Assembly (NCBI GenBank): GCA_973895155.1
Contig: OZ316893.1
Coordinates: 2,562,430-2,626,429, forward strand
Direction of reading: 5' to 3'
Length of the DNA: 64,000 nucleotides
Source: Marsupella aquatica
Lineage: Eukaryota > Plantae > Marchantiophyta
In this document: positions 1 through 14,006 of the stretch, piece by piece
How the letters are laid out: each line of letters opens with the position of its first letter
Position numbering within the stretch: the first letter of the stretch is position 1
The notes under the pieces: model-generated
Told to the model about the DNA's origin: nothing
What the model saw: the letters and a program-made list of their open reading frames with translations, nothing else
Databases searched by the model: none
Program-made: the position numbers and the translations under genes

Positions 1-2529
1 TGAAACATTTTGAGAGAGTAAAGACGTAGATTAGCTCGCAATCATTACCTTGCTATTGAAGTGTAGGATCCTGAATATATAGAACAGGGTATCTGATTGT
101 GCTTTCTCAAAGTGTCATTAAATGTGTAAAGTGTTTCTGCCAACATCAACAGTATTCAGTTGCCTGGGCTTTTATACTGATCGGATATATATCATCAAGA
201 TTCCTCCATGTCGGAGAGAAACGCCTGTTTATACGACTCACGTATAATATTCAACTCTTAACGCCCAAAAGAGGTTGGACTCATCTCTTTTTCAGCCTGG
301 GACACTTTCTCGTCTCCCCATACTTCTTCCCCGACTTCTTCAAGTCCTGCTCAGTTCGTGAATGATCTTTCTTGCCGCCTGCACTTATCTGCATTTGCCT
401 TGCTTTCAGACAAGTTACACTTTTATTAAAGGTCATCTCTCTTTATTGTATTGCTTTTCCATTTAAGACAGCATTGTCCCCACTACTGCTTGTCTCCCGG
501 CTGAGCTTCTTTATTGCCTGTTATAATTTATATATATTTTTTGCTCACCTGCATGAACTTGTTGTTCTGGATTTATCGTCGAGCCTTCTGCCTAATAGGC
601 TAGCTAGCTACACGGTCTGCCATATTTCTTGTCCACAAGTTCAGCTTTGAATAAATGGCGTCAGAGCATCTCTACTGTAGTGATCTTCTCTTTTTCATAG
701 GGAATCAAAAAATTCTCTATCTTCATTGGCTTTTTGAATGGCTGGCGATGAAACTTCATTATTGACAAGTTCTCTTTCTCTCTACTTTCCCGTTTTCTTT
801 ATATAGCGGGCTCATTGTTTGACGTAAAGTTGTTGGCATTTTCAGCTTGAGTTAATACTGAACCTTGCTCCTATGGATGTCATGTCCTACAACAGGTTAT
901 ATTGATGGTGACATTGGTCAAGAGCTGGACTCACGCCTTTTAAGATAAATAGGATTGAAGAACGTCAAGGCAATGAGGTAGTGCTTAAACTCTTTTAGCT
1001 AAGTGCTCTCACATATAGATTGCTTTATCTAAGCCTGGAAGAATACTGTAGATCTGAGCTGTGAGAAGACTCTACTATAGAGATTTGATTCAAACACGTT
1101 TGTGATTATTCAGTTCAAGAACAGTTGTGGAAGTTAATAATTACTGACTAAAACCTTTCCCAGTTATATCTCAAGTTATATGAATGTGAAGTTTTGACAA
1201 TTGCTAGGTCCCTTGTTTGCTTGACTATTTGTGTCCGCTAAGCTGACTTCAGGTTATGTTTAATATGGAGTCAAATAAGTTGCGGATATGGTACCTGGCA
1301 AGCCTTGTTACATTCTGACTGGAATCATTCTATATTTTTTTAGCAAAGCCAACGGAGGATCCCTTTGAGATCAAGAAGGTGCATAAGATGCTGGGAACTT
1401 TACCTGTTGGAAAGGTTGATACCCTCAGTGGAGGAAAAGTTGAATTGCATCCTCGATAAACATAAGGTGACTGCCCTCAGTATTGTTTTCAAAGAAATAG
1501 ATTGATAGACTTGAAGTTCAGTCACTGTTATAAAAATACCAGACAATGTACTTTAATTATTTAGTATGGTATAATTAAGGAACTCTAGGATTTGGTTGAT
1601 GAAATGGATCAGTTCTTAAAGATTGAAGGTTAGAGGACATTGAAAGTTTAGGGCCAGCTATAAGTGTCAGACTTAGGAGTCTTCTTGGTCGAGGTCAAGC
1701 TCTTCTCAACAATTAATCTGCTTGTATTTGGTGAATCTCTATATATATATATCGATATAAGGGACAACTACTGCCTCTGACTTCTCCTCCTGTCTAATTT
1801 ACACAGCCATAGTGATGTACTCTATATCATGCATTTGGAATTTGAGAAAAGTTCTGAGCTCTTCTTGTTTTCCTTTTGCAGAATGATGACATTGTATTAT
1901 ATGCAAGCTCAATTTGAGTCTGATGAGAGTTTGGGATGACTGGAAGTCTGCAATGTACGTACAATTTACCAAGAACTGGATCCTTTTGGGCAGGTAGTGT
2001 TCATGATTAATTGCAAATGAAACAACAGGACCTCGAGCTTACCTTTTGAACATTGCAAGGTTGCAATTGCCATTATGAGTTTGCAAGCCTAATGAATGAC
2101 GGGTGCATTTCTAGCGAGTGAGCCAATTGGAATTGGAGAATTTCAACTCCTCTGTAAGTCTCTGATCGCACTCCCTTGTGTGGTATGTACGTCTTGGAAT
2201 ACCTAGATTACATGGTTTATGGGACTACAAATTCACAACCAGCTACGTAGTCTCAATGTGATGCATTTTTTGCTCTGATGCATATGACCTGTATTTTCCA
2301 TTTGCTGATACAGGAGCGGGAAACTACAAGCTACCTGACATGAAAGGGACAACCACACTGTGGAATTCCAGATTGCTTAAGAAGCAATAGTTGTAGATTT
2401 GAGGGATGCAGCTCCTGTACAAAGTATAATCATAACTTTTTTGATTCATTTGTTGATCACAAGCTTGATTGCTGGAGAATAGGATTAGATGCTCAACAGT
2501 ATTCCAGTGTAGATCATTGATGAAATATT

Positions 2530-3291
2530 GTATGACACTCAAAATGACATTATAAATAATGTGCATTATGATATCCAAAATGAGTCCATCATGTATGACA
2601 TTCCAAATGAATTTATAAATGACGTGTGTTGTGACATCATTTTAATGACGCCTTCTCAAGTCATTTCCGTCATTGGAAAATGACATCTTTTATGACTGTC
2701 CAAAATGACTAAATGAAATACGTCATTTTTTACAGATGAAAATGACTAATGAAATTCGTCATTTTGGACAGATCCAAAATGACAACTAAGTATATCCATG
2801 TGTATCACACAATGATCCACATGGTGGCTAATGATTTGTGAGAGCTTTCGTCATATTAGACATGTCTGAAATGACAAGAATTTATTGCCCCATGTTGATT
2901 ATGAAAGATGCCACATGTCTATGGTTCATTTGTTCAAAATATGGGTCATTCTGGACATGTCTAAAATGACATTATTTGTTTAGTGGTTGGACACGTGGCT
3001 TTTTTTAATTGGTGACGGTGACCGTCAATGGTGAACGGCACAAGACCGTTGATGACACTTTTTTACATCATTTTGGACTGTTGGTCATTTTGGACCTTTG
3101 GTCATTTCTAGTAATTTTGGACAATAACCAATGACCATGGGATTTTTGCGTCATTTATCCGATAGGACCATGACGCATTTGTCCAATGCAACGTGTCTGG
3201 AAAGACACAAACAAATGCGTCATTGGTTTGATGAAAAGACCATGTCAATAGTCATTGTTACAGTCATAAATAACCCTGTTTTCTACTAGTG
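2530..3291. mobile_element. Right end of a CACTA (En/Spm) transposon whose left part probably extends towards or beyond the window start
   Basis: Ends in TTTTCTACTAGTG at 3291 (reverse complement CACTAGTAGAAAA). Preceded by ~750 bp densely packed with ATGAC/GTCAT motifs in both orientations, as expected for CACTA subterminal repeats. No partner TIR found in the window. Confidence 0.7.
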
Positions 3292-5713
3292 CTGGGACCT
3301 CCTGGTATAGTCAGAGCCATGTGTTGGGCATGAGTTGACTGATTCCACTGGATATTGTATGCACTTAAAAAAAATGTTGCACTAGCTTTGTCTAGCTTCC
3401 TCCCCCTTGCTTGTGAGATATATATTTGGGCAACTCTATCATCAATTTGATGTGCTTATTCAACAGGCTCCTGATGATGTTCATGGACTGATGGGTCCCA
3501 CCGGCCCCTGCTATATGTTTTGACTACACACTTTTTCAACCCATTTATGGGACAAGCATGTATAGTGTGCTCAAGCTCGAGCAATCTATCATTGATCTCA
3601 CACACTGGGCGCTATTATGCCTTAGCTGAGGCTTGCCCCCCTAGAGTACATTCATGTCCCATTTGTAGATTTAGTTACAACACTAGATGTGAACAGCTTT
3701 GATGAAAGCTTTTGCCACATTTTCTTTAGCTGTGGACTTTTAGTCCACCCCGCTAGGGAGTGATTCACAAATAATCCCATTTCTCTCTCTTCCAAGTTGG
3801 TTTTCCAAGTTGCATTTGCCTCTTAAGTTTTTATTCATGTTTGGTGGTTGTCCTCTTTGGACCTCTTTTGCGTTCCCTTCATTGTGCTTGGTAAGTGTTG
3901 AAGTGTTGGACTTTGCAAAAAAGTGATTTTTAAGTATATAGGATTGTGTGGTGGAGATGTCCACAAAGTCCCAACTTTTTCACCTAGGTAGCTTGAATTT
4001 CTTACGTGTACTTTTCCTTTTCTGTTTGTGAGTGCAGCCAAGCAATTTGTTATGGCAAGGTGATTCAATCTTGTAGAATGCTTCCTTTTGGCCTTCATTG
4101 GAAACTTTACTTCTCCTTAATATCTCCCATAGTATTTTCTTTGCATTGGCCAACATATTCTTTATTTGCATGGAGTTCTTTTTTTGCTCCAATGGATGTT
4201 TTTTGCCTTCCTTAAGGAAATAATTCTCTTTAATTGCAATCCATAGGCCCCATACATCTTTCCTCCCTTTGGGCCCTCACTCCTAGTATATTATACATAC
4301 ATGCTTGTGAGCCTCCCTTCAATCCCCTAGTACCCCTACCTTATTTTTTTTACTCACATTGAGATTAAATAACTTTGTTTTTTTTTGTAAATACCATATT
4401 TTTGCTATTTTTCATGTGTCTTGAGTATGTTATAAAAAATGGTTTTGGGCATCTATATAGCTCGCAGCCAAATCAAATCTCAGGCTAGGAAGTAGGAGTT
4501 ACGCATGCCAATAGGTCGAGCCAAAAAATATTTACCCTTCATAGATTACAAATTTTAGTGCATTCAAAAGGATTAAAGGATGGAGAGAACATAATGTAAG
4601 TGGTGATAACAGGGGTGTATCTTTATTTATGTTCTACTAATGAAGAAATTTGCCTATTTGGCTCATACAAACCCAATCATCTATATATAAAGGCTATTAA
4701 AAGTTTATTGTATGAATCAAGATAAAAAAAACCTAGAGAAATTCTGGACTTAAAGAGTCTAGAGGCCCCTATGACTTCTGCCATCAAAAGTACATCCTCA
4801 CTTAGGGTCTCACTTAAGAGTACTGGCCATTGTGCTTGAATTGCCAAAAAATATGATTGTAAAAATGTGATGGGAAAGCTAGAGGCACGCCCTCCGGCAG
4901 ATCATATGATTTCCAAACTCAGACCACACTCTATATTCCCTCCACACCAAGAACCACAACATCCAGCTAGGGCTCTTAAACCACAATCACCAGAAACTCT
5001 CTTTAATTTTCTCTCACTCTTGAATTAACCACCATGATCCCTGCCAGAGGTGTTAGACGTCCAGTACCAGGTCCGCTCCTGGTCCCACTCTGGCTCACTC
5101 TAGAGAGCTTCTTCATCATTGTTGTCCCCACCATATTCCCCAATAAACCTGACCCAAAAATGGACCAACACCATGAATCAGTTGCACACCTTGAATTTGT
5201 GTAAGTGACCCCCCAAGCTAAGACCTTTTGGCTTAGGATACGCATTTGGGCATTCCCTTGGGCATTGTATACATTTTTATATATGCAATCATATAAGGAC
5301 AAAACACATGTATGGACACAAGTACCAATTAAGAATGGACACGTGTACCACTAATGTAATGCCGCGTGTTGTTACCTATTGATCCCCCCTTCCATAGAAA
5401 TAAAAATGAGAACATTTAAAAGGGTCTTGCAAAATTAGAAGGAGGTTCAAGAGTATATGTGGAGGTTACTTACTTGTAAAATAATTATAAAAATGACAGC
5501 GGAAGGGATAAATCGACATCCCACATTGACATTACCTTGCATCCAATTGAAGTGGTTGTTTGCTTTACTCAAGAGGGCCAATGGGATTGAGGACTAGTAG
5601 TGGGTTGGATAGAAGGACTGTGTGGAAAGGGAAATAACAAGGGCTTGCAACCTATATAGTCCGTCCAACTTTTTGCTTGCCCCATGAGCCCATCTGCCTT
5701 CCCTTGTGCCTCA

Positions 5714-6059
5714 TGTTGAGCAAAGACGACATTCACAACGACAAGCCCATAACCATCAAATGAATAAGTAGTCAACATAGAGAGATACATGGCTCACCTC
5801 AGCTGAGGTTACGTCCATGGGAACACACAAGAGCTTTATAACTCTCTAGGCTTGTCTTTGCAATACAAGCTCTCCCTATCTCTTAACTGGCTCTGTAGCA
5901 ATGAGCCAGAGTTCCTCCTATCCAAGCAAACATTTGCTTAGGGATATAGTGTGCAACATGATGTCTGACTAACTTAACCAAGTTTGCAACTAAGGTTAGC
6001 CTTAATTACAATAAGTTACAGCTATAACTGTAGACCTAAGACTAAATGTCTAACTTACA
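5714..6059 (-). mobile_element. Solo LTR related to the copia element at 57215-63727
   Basis: Starts TGTTGAGCA and ends CA; flanked by a CCTCA 5-bp TSD (5709-5713 and 6060-6064). Shares blocks with the copia LTR (GACGAC..CAACG.CAAGCCCAT, TGAGG.TACGTCCA.GGGAACACACAAGAG, GATATAGTGTGCAAC, TAGAC.TAAGA.TAAAT). Confidence 0.85.
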
Positions 6060-6436
6060 CCTCACCCTTGCCCACTGCCTCCATCTTGTGGGCAAGGGGA
6101 GGAGAGAAGCTAGAGGGAGCTCAGGGAGACCAGGGAAAATGTTGCACGACCCGTAGCTGTTGTCGCCAGTCTTGCATACCCTCACACCTCCGTGCGACCT
6201 TGCCTTCCCAAACAACATCACTTTTGCAAGAATAAGGTTTAGGTTTAGGGTTTACACTTTTGCAAGCATCACATGACTGCAATGGCAACCCAATTGAAAC
6301 AACAATTGAGTTTCACAAACACCACACAACTGGAGTGATAACCCGACCATAAGCACAACATAGTTGCAATGATTGTGCCATGCATGTCAAAAGTGCAGCT
6401 TGCCTCTACATCACTTATTTTCCTCAATGACTTCCT

Positions 6437-6741
6437 CTCCTGGGGTCCTCACTTCTTTTCTTCCGACCCATCTCGTGCAAAGAAGTTATGGGTTTTTTTA
6501 ATTTAATTGCGCGAAAGACTCAAAAAAGATTTGTTTAAGAAATATAGTGGTGTTTTAATCCAATTCTGAAAATTATAAGAACTATAGTGGGTTTTTAATA
6601 CCAAATGTGGGCATATTCCTAGAATATTCTATAAAGTTTTAGGGGTTTAAAAATACTAAAAATCTACTTTATTTTCTTAAGTTTTAGGGTGTTTGTTACT
6701 TTAGGGTGATATGGGACCTCGCTTGGAGTGAGGCCCCCGAG
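6437..6741. mobile_element. MITE-like element, degenerate copy of the family at 29198-29473 in opposite orientation
   Basis: Imperfect terminal inverted repeats (CTCCTGGGGTCCTCACT ... AGTGAGGCCCCCGAG) and an AT-rich interior resembling the reverse complement of 29198-29473. Confidence 0.5.
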
Positions 6742-7568
6742 GTTCCTCCATGACATCTTTTGTGAAAAGACATTAATTTTACATTAGTTTTGTGATGCAA
6801 CAACATCTTTTGCAAACTACATCTTAATTTGTGCAACAACATCCTTTACACATTGACATGTTTTGCAACAACATCTTGTATGCGATAAAATGGTCTGCAA
6901 TGGTCTGCAAAACTCAAGCTCAACCTCTAGTTTTGCAAGGCATTATATTCCACAATGCCTTTGTAAACATTACTTTACCACACAGGGAAAGATTTGACAA
7001 TACAAAGCTCTCTGCTCAGCATTGAGTTTGAGCATTTGTGTTGAGGATGGGGTGTGGATTGTTAGGAAGGCTCGTGAGACTTTGAGTGTCACAACCATAT
7101 CAGGTGCCCCTCACAGATATCAGTGTCTATATGACTGATTACAAATAGGATTGGAAGTGTCTCAACGAGGTTGCCGAGTGTAGATTGAGGCAGGGAACGG
7201 AGCATTCATTCACTGGCAGGAAAAGGGACATGACGGCTGGGACCATTCACAGGTACAGAGGGGCTGTGGATTTGGTGGGTGTTCATTGGGACCGCAAGGG
7301 CAGTGGGTAAAGTGCTCACTGTCAAGAAAACGGTGGGATAAACTACAGCAGAACCACAGCAGAACAATGTTCAGATGATAATGCCCAACCCGCAGCCAAA
7401 CAGATCTTTCTGAAAATCTGTCGTCTATGTCTCGGGGCATGAAAGTCAAGTTCTTGATTGCTTAGCAAGCATAGACACACAGAAAGAAAAAGCCCCGAGA
7501 AACTCAAGACAGAGTGTTGTGGAGAGAGAAAATTCCTAATTTCCGAGGAGGATCATGAAGCTTAATCA

Positions 7569-10094
7569 ATGAAGATGCAGAAGCGGAGCAATCCTACTCA
7601 GCAGCAACTGGGCGCTAAGCGTCTTCGGCAGCAACAGCTGCAGCGCGGAGGATTATCCCCGGACAACAGTAGTGGTGTTAAAACGCAACAGCGTTTCTGG
7701 CCGTGCCCGATTTGCAATCGCTCCTTTGCCCTCTTTCGTCTAGAAGAGCACGTCAATCAGTGTCTTGACACCTCTCCCTGTCCACAAATCTCTCCTTCTT
7801 CTCCTCTCACCACTACACGAGATGGCTCGTATGAGCCTATTGATGTTGAATTGTATCCACCTTGCTTGGAAGGGAGTGTTGATGGGAGAAGAGTTTCCTG
7901 TTCTGTCAGCTCGGTGAAGACATCTTCTTTGCCAAAATCGAGGGGTTTATCCGTGGAGGGTAATCTGAAGCAACAGCCATCCACTGAAAATGAAAATTTG
8001 GAGGATGGAGGACGAGGATGGGTATTTCCTGTGGAGGAGGAGGACAGGATGAAAGCTCAACTAAGATGCAAGTTAGAGTACTCAGGTAGCAATGCTCACA
8101 GGGATTGCGACAGTACAGGCCCCTCGGCAGAGAGTCCTGGGACAGAGGAGGATGGTGGTAATCTTGACGAGGACGGGATGACTGAAGATGGAAGGGACGG
8201 GATGGTTGAAGATGGAAAGGACGGAAACGGCTTAGCAATGGACAGGCCTCCACCTGGTTTTAGATTGTTTCAACGACAGGTGCAAAGTCAAGCTCGGTTG
8301 TCGATGTTCCGCAACTTTTCTTCATCTGCTTTGCAAAGGAAACCTTCTGTCACTCTTCTCCAGCCCGGGTACGGTGATGCTACTGTTTCACCAAATTAGA
8401 TGGCTAATCTTGTACGAATTGAAAGCTCGAACCAAATGTCGTCGTCTACCCTACGTTTATTATAATTATGTTTGATTTGATTCCGAATTTCACATACTTG
8501 CTCTGCTGATTATTGGAGGAAAATTTGCTGTTCATTGTATGCAGCATGGTCCTGTTCCGGAGTTGGCTTGATTTGGACACGCAACAGAAATTCGTACAAG
8601 GCAGCCAGAGTGTCTCACACTTATTTCGCCGACCTACCACATCTGGTGGGGGCAAGTACCATATTTATTCCGTATGACTGTCTCTCCCTTACTGGAGCTT
8701 TTTGCAATTGTTTTGATGCTGCCTGTCTAAAGTTTTGTTCCGCTTAAGGTTGTGCTCCTTCTGCACTTTCAAGATCTGACTTGGCTGACCATCACTTAAG
8801 AGCCCAAATTGCCTCTTAATTCCTATGTGATTGTTGCGCCTCGTTTAATCCGAAGAAAGAGCACCTACGGCTTGACGTGAGAATTTGCCTGTTGTCACTC
8901 ATTCTTCATCTATTTCATTTTACAGATGTGCTGGGGTTCCAAGTGGGATGCAAAGGCTCATCGATATGTTGCTACAGGTCCAGAGCATCGTATTCCGCCC
9001 TGGATGTTTGAGTTGTCTCAGAAACTTGCTCAAGATGCACACCAATACACTTCGGTGTATCCAGTGGACTCCACTTATGCACCTGATGTTGGGTTGGTGA
9101 ACTTCTATCCGGTATGAGGAGTGTCTTCCCCATGTATTTGAACTCTGACACTTCCCGACTATGAGGGAAAACTAGCGTATAATGGCTATGCATACTTGGC
9201 TTCAGGTAAAAGCAGACGAGCTGGGAGTGATAGGACTTGGTGGTCACCAAGATCTTGATGATAGTGGCTTAATGCCTGTGGTGAGAATTTCAACCGAGTA
9301 CTCAGCAGTGCGCAAAAAGCTTCCATACATAGTTGTATGCTAATTCTTCGTTTTTGTACACTAAAGTGTTGAAAGTGAAAAGAAGTTAACTAGGCATAGA
9401 ATCTTACCGTCGAACATGTTGAAGAAATATTGATTGTCATAATTGATATCATAGTCAGATTTCGAATTATGAATTATGAAATTATGATTGTCAAAAGTAA
9501 CTGTCTTAGATTTCTGGTGGTTGTGGAAGCAGGTCAGTGTTAGTATAGGGGACAGCATGACTTTCTTTTATCGCCGATTTCCACCGTTCAGTCGACGCAA
9601 GTCAGGAGTCTCGATTTCTGTTGATGAAGAAGCTGTTAAATTTTGCGAAGACGGTGATGCTGCGCATAACAGGTGAGAATCTCTCTTCTGGATGTTGATA
9701 ATAGGAACCTTGAGTTTCCAATCAAACTACCTCCTTTCACTCCTTCTAGCATACTGAGCTTCTAGCCTGTTTCCTTCCAAGAGGCAATGTTAACAGAGAC
9801 TACCTGTTCAAGATTTGGTTCACTAAAGTGACCCATTCGCTAACTGCATGACAGTGAAAAATCTGTTTGTAACCCATTGGAATGTTTTTTCAATCAAGTT
9901 CCTCGGTGTCATGTGATGGCAGGGAGTACCAAATATTGCTCGAGAGTGGGGATGTGTTAGTGTTTGGGGGCAAATCCCGGCATGTCTACCATGGCACACG
10001 AAATGTACAACCAGGGACTCGGCCACCTGGCTTACACATGGTGCCCGGCCGGCTCAACTTTACATTTCGACAGACAATTGCTAAAATTATCTGA
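7569..10094 (+). CDS. AlkB-family 2OG-Fe(II) dioxygenase (ALKBH1-like) with N-terminal UBZ-type zinc finger; about 6 exons
   Basis: Approximate exons 7569-8368, 8545-8670, 8926-9111, 9206-9280, 9532-9672, 9899-10094 with GT-AG ends. Spliced product has LQPGMVLFR, MCWG..WD, PDVGLVNFY, LGGHQD (HxD), PVVSVSIGDS, LESGDVLVFGGKSRHVYHG (distal His) and RLNFTFR (RxxxxxR). N-terminal CPIC..LEEHVNQCL. Confidence 0.9.
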
Positions 10095-11368
10095 GCTTCA
10101 GTGCTGGGTAGTCAATCTTTTCTGTTTACATTCTAAACTTACCAAATAGGGTTGACAGAGTGAAAGGTTTGGAGCCTTCTCAAACCTCAATCCTCATTGC
10201 TCATTCAGTGGGCTAGAAACCTCTGGACTTACTTGGCAAGGAGCAGCTCACTGTCCCGTTGCAGCACAGATAAACTGGGGCATGAATTCACGTGGGGCCG
10301 GTCCCCATACTCCACTGTATTTCGAATCAGAATGCAATTCGATACTTGATACAGAGTACTCACCAATGCAATTATCATGTGCAAACGCTTTTCTTGCCAG
10401 GAGAACTGGTTGAGTTCAAATTAGCATTTTGAAACGGAAAACTTTCCATTGAATTGAAGCAATATCAGTGTGGCCGTCAGAGGGGGAAGTTGAGCACTCG
10501 GGAGGTTTTGGTAGGCAATTTATAGTTCAAAGGGTTTCAAGGTCTTATCAATGACAAGATCAAAAATTTCTCGCGTGACCCATTAGGGCGTGTCAAAGTT
10601 CTCTCTTAACAGTTTGGTTTTGGCTTAATTTTATTGACGTATTACCCTTATTGGGTACATCTTTTGGTAACCCATAACAATTGTGTCCTGATTGTAAGTG
10701 TGTTTTATGTCCTGATCCGTAACTCAAGTACAATTGTGCTTTGACATGCCCTATTGCCTTAGGGAACATGCCTACAAAGATCAATTCTTAGACCCACTGG
10801 TTCTTAGGCCAAGGAAGCCCTTGATCACCACCTGAATTTAATTACTGTGTGAGATCATTAATGTAATTGTGCCATCACTCCTTTGTGTCCCAACTTCCAA
10901 ATCTGAATCCCCCATGGACCACAAAGTTGGTCTTCCAAACCCCCATGGACCTAATTTTCTAAAATTTGAGTGTAATTGGAATAACTTTTGTTGCTATAAT
11001 CAAATATTTGTTAGTTTAAGGGATATGCTAGAGGAGTAGGTAAGCTACACTTCCATTAAAGTTACAATGAAATTTTGGCCATATTGGTTGACCTCTTCAT
11101 CATCACATGCAGAGGGGTAAATTACATTAGATTAATTTTCATTATATTAGTATGGAATATTTGGGCTTGTGGTTTTAATGCGTACTGGCTCTCTAGTTGC
11201 CCAAATATTTCATACGCCCAAATACTATAAGCAATGTGGGCCCAACTTTAATCAAAATGTGGTCCATTGGAGCACTTTGTCCAACATGGTGGTCCATCCT
11301 GGCTTTAATTTCTCCAACTTCCCCGACTCCCCTTGGTAATTTGGATTGTTTTAAAACCAAGTATTACT

Positions 11369-11630
11369 TAATATGTTTATTAGGTTTTACAAAATATTAC
11401 TAATAAAGCGCATTGCAACCATGTATTACTTAGTCTGTATGAGATTTTACACAAATATTACTGATAAAGCCCATTGTAAGGTTGCTTTCAATCTAGACCA
11501 GAACTCTAAATAAGGACATAACTAACTAATCACATAGTTCTTTCTTAGTATGTTTATTAGGTTTTACAAAAACATTACTAGTAAAGGGCATTGCAAAGTT
11601 GCTTTCACTCTAGACCATAAATCTAAATAA
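11369..11630. repeat. Degenerate direct repeats (three related units of TATGTTTATTAGGTTTTACAAAA.ATTACTA..AAAG.GCATTGCAA)
   Basis: Similar blocks near 11373, 11438 and 11549. Confidence 0.6.
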
Positions 11631-14006
11631 GGGCAAAATTGACTGTGACTCTCAACAAGGACAAAACTGACCATGACTCTAAATACGGACAAAATTGACC
11701 ATGAGGGTGGACAAAAAGCAGGGATGGAGGCAAGAGATGAACAGTAAATAACATATAACTCATTTTGGGGGTTTTTTCGTTGTTGGTGTTTTCATCTCTA
11801 GTTATGTTCAAGAACGGGCAACCAGGCCAGAACTGTCCAATTCCTTTTCAAGTCTTGAAAGACTGTAATGCGCTTTTCACCATCATTTATTAAAGACCCT
11901 AGATCATCACTATCCTACAATTCCTCCCTTGAAAAGACAGAAATGCAATGGTAGTTTACTTGGGTTTCTTTTCCCACAATGCAGACATGCACTAGTGTTC
12001 TCTTTGGGTTTGAGTCATAAGCTTGGATGGGATCCATCCCAACCTTTTGACTTGGATGGGATCCCAAAATGCTCTTTGTCTCTAGTCAAGTTTATATTCT
12101 ACATCCATATCATCCTAGTTAAATGCATGTATGTAAGGATCTCATGCAAGCTCAGAAATCCTTTGGCAGCCAAATATTTAAAATGGAGATATCCAAGCTT
12201 TAGGAATTTCGCTTGTCAAAGTTTAATAGTAACTGCAGGGGTCATCATCTTCATTTACTGTTGACTATTTTGCCGTGTCCCCAAGCAAAAATACAGTTGT
12301 TTGTCTTTAAGTGCACATTTCTGGGAAGAAGCATCCAGCACACTTGATGTCATTTTGCATTAATTCATAAGTGCAAAAATGTGAAATTATGTCAATAAGA
12401 ATGTATGATCTCTCTGTGGGCCCCTCTGTCATCGTTGAACATTTTCTTGACTTACACCCTAAATCATTTCCACCTGATAAGTCCAATTTCCTCTCTATGA
12501 AAAATCATATGCACTAATTTTACATTCTGCATTTACTAATAAGCACTTACAGAGTGTATGCACTAATGCATTTCCACTTTAGTGTTTTTTAGCCGTTTTG
12601 CACACCAAAAGTGCAAATTGGTTTTAAAAAAGGGAGGAACGGAATGCCTTAAAATTAGCCAGGGTTGCACTTTTATTGTGCACTTATAGAGATATGACTG
12701 TACTACAACACTCTTCTTAGAACACTACAGTAGGCATGTAACTATGTTGAGTAGTGTGTGACCCACCCCTTGGTCATAGGCTTGATCTGGACTGTTCTCA
12801 AAAAATGCAGAACACAGAAACCACTACTGAAGAAACTTATGAAGGTGAATGCTTTACTCATGATTGTAATAATAGCTCACACTCCAAACATAGGCTATTG
12901 TCTCTCTACCTTCTGTCCACACTCCAGACGACAGTAGACTTCTCTGGACGTGCAGTCCTCACTCCACACGCAAAATCATGGCAAAAGTGCTGTACTACTG
13001 TATAGTAATTGTGTGAAACAAATGTGCTCTTTCCCAAGTCTGACTGACCTTTTGCTTGCTGAACTTTCTTACAAGACAGTTTCAGTGCCATCGAATCGCA
13101 AGCAGTCCCAGCAGCAGCTTCGGAATATTCTTACATAGCCTCCAGTTCCAATGGAGGGCTGCAGAGAGGAAGGAGCTCCGTGCTTCCCAATTCCTTTTGC
13201 TGTTCGAGGACAATGTGACCAGAAGTCGTAATGCTCTGCAATGAATTATCGTACTGCGCACAGGAATAGAGGTGATTGATTCAACGAGTGTGTGTGTGTG
13301 GGCAGAATCGAAGTTAACGGATCGCTGGTAACGAAAGTATGCCTCACAAGAGTTGTGGGCTTGGGGCAAACGTTGAGAGGAACGTCGAGAGAAATCCTTG
13401 TTTCGCTGGGCCCATTTAGCCGGCAGCATCGTGTCGGTGATGTGAATCATGTTGGCGAGGCTCGATTGGCGTTTTGTGGGTCAGATCCTTGGGACATGAG
13501 ACGAGATCGGAGTCTTCCTGCTTCTGCTGCTGCAGCTGCCGAACTTCTGATCGACCGGCTGATGTGCCACACCAGCAGAGTCTCTCCGAAATCGGCCAGT
13601 GTCCAGTTGTGGAGTTCCTGCTGGGATCTGCGGTCCTATCTGAGGTTTTGGGCGTCATCTTCCCTGTGGGTTTAGCAGGGGATGACCAGGGAGGCGGAGA
13701 GAGACAGAGGAAGTCAATTGAGGCCCAGAATTGGGTGATATTGTGCTTGACGGATCTGTGGTGGTGTTGGAGGGTTCGAAGGAGCATCTCCTAGGTGAGA
13801 TCGCCCGGAGAGGGACAGAGGGAGAAGGAGAGAGACAGGGAGAACAGAATTGAGGCCCGATATTGGGTAATTTTGGTGGTATTGATATCCTCGTCGGATC
13901 TGTGGTTGGCTAAGGGTTTGGTGCAGTATCTCCCAAGGGTTTACGTGGTTTAGAGGGAAGAGGAGAGCGAAAGAGCAAGGAGGTGAATAGGAGTGTTGGG
14001 GAAAGT

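Noticed and set aside
3300-4260. Possible decayed retroelement coding remnant
   Set aside because: Only short broken ORFs are present, with no diagnostic motif I can recognise.
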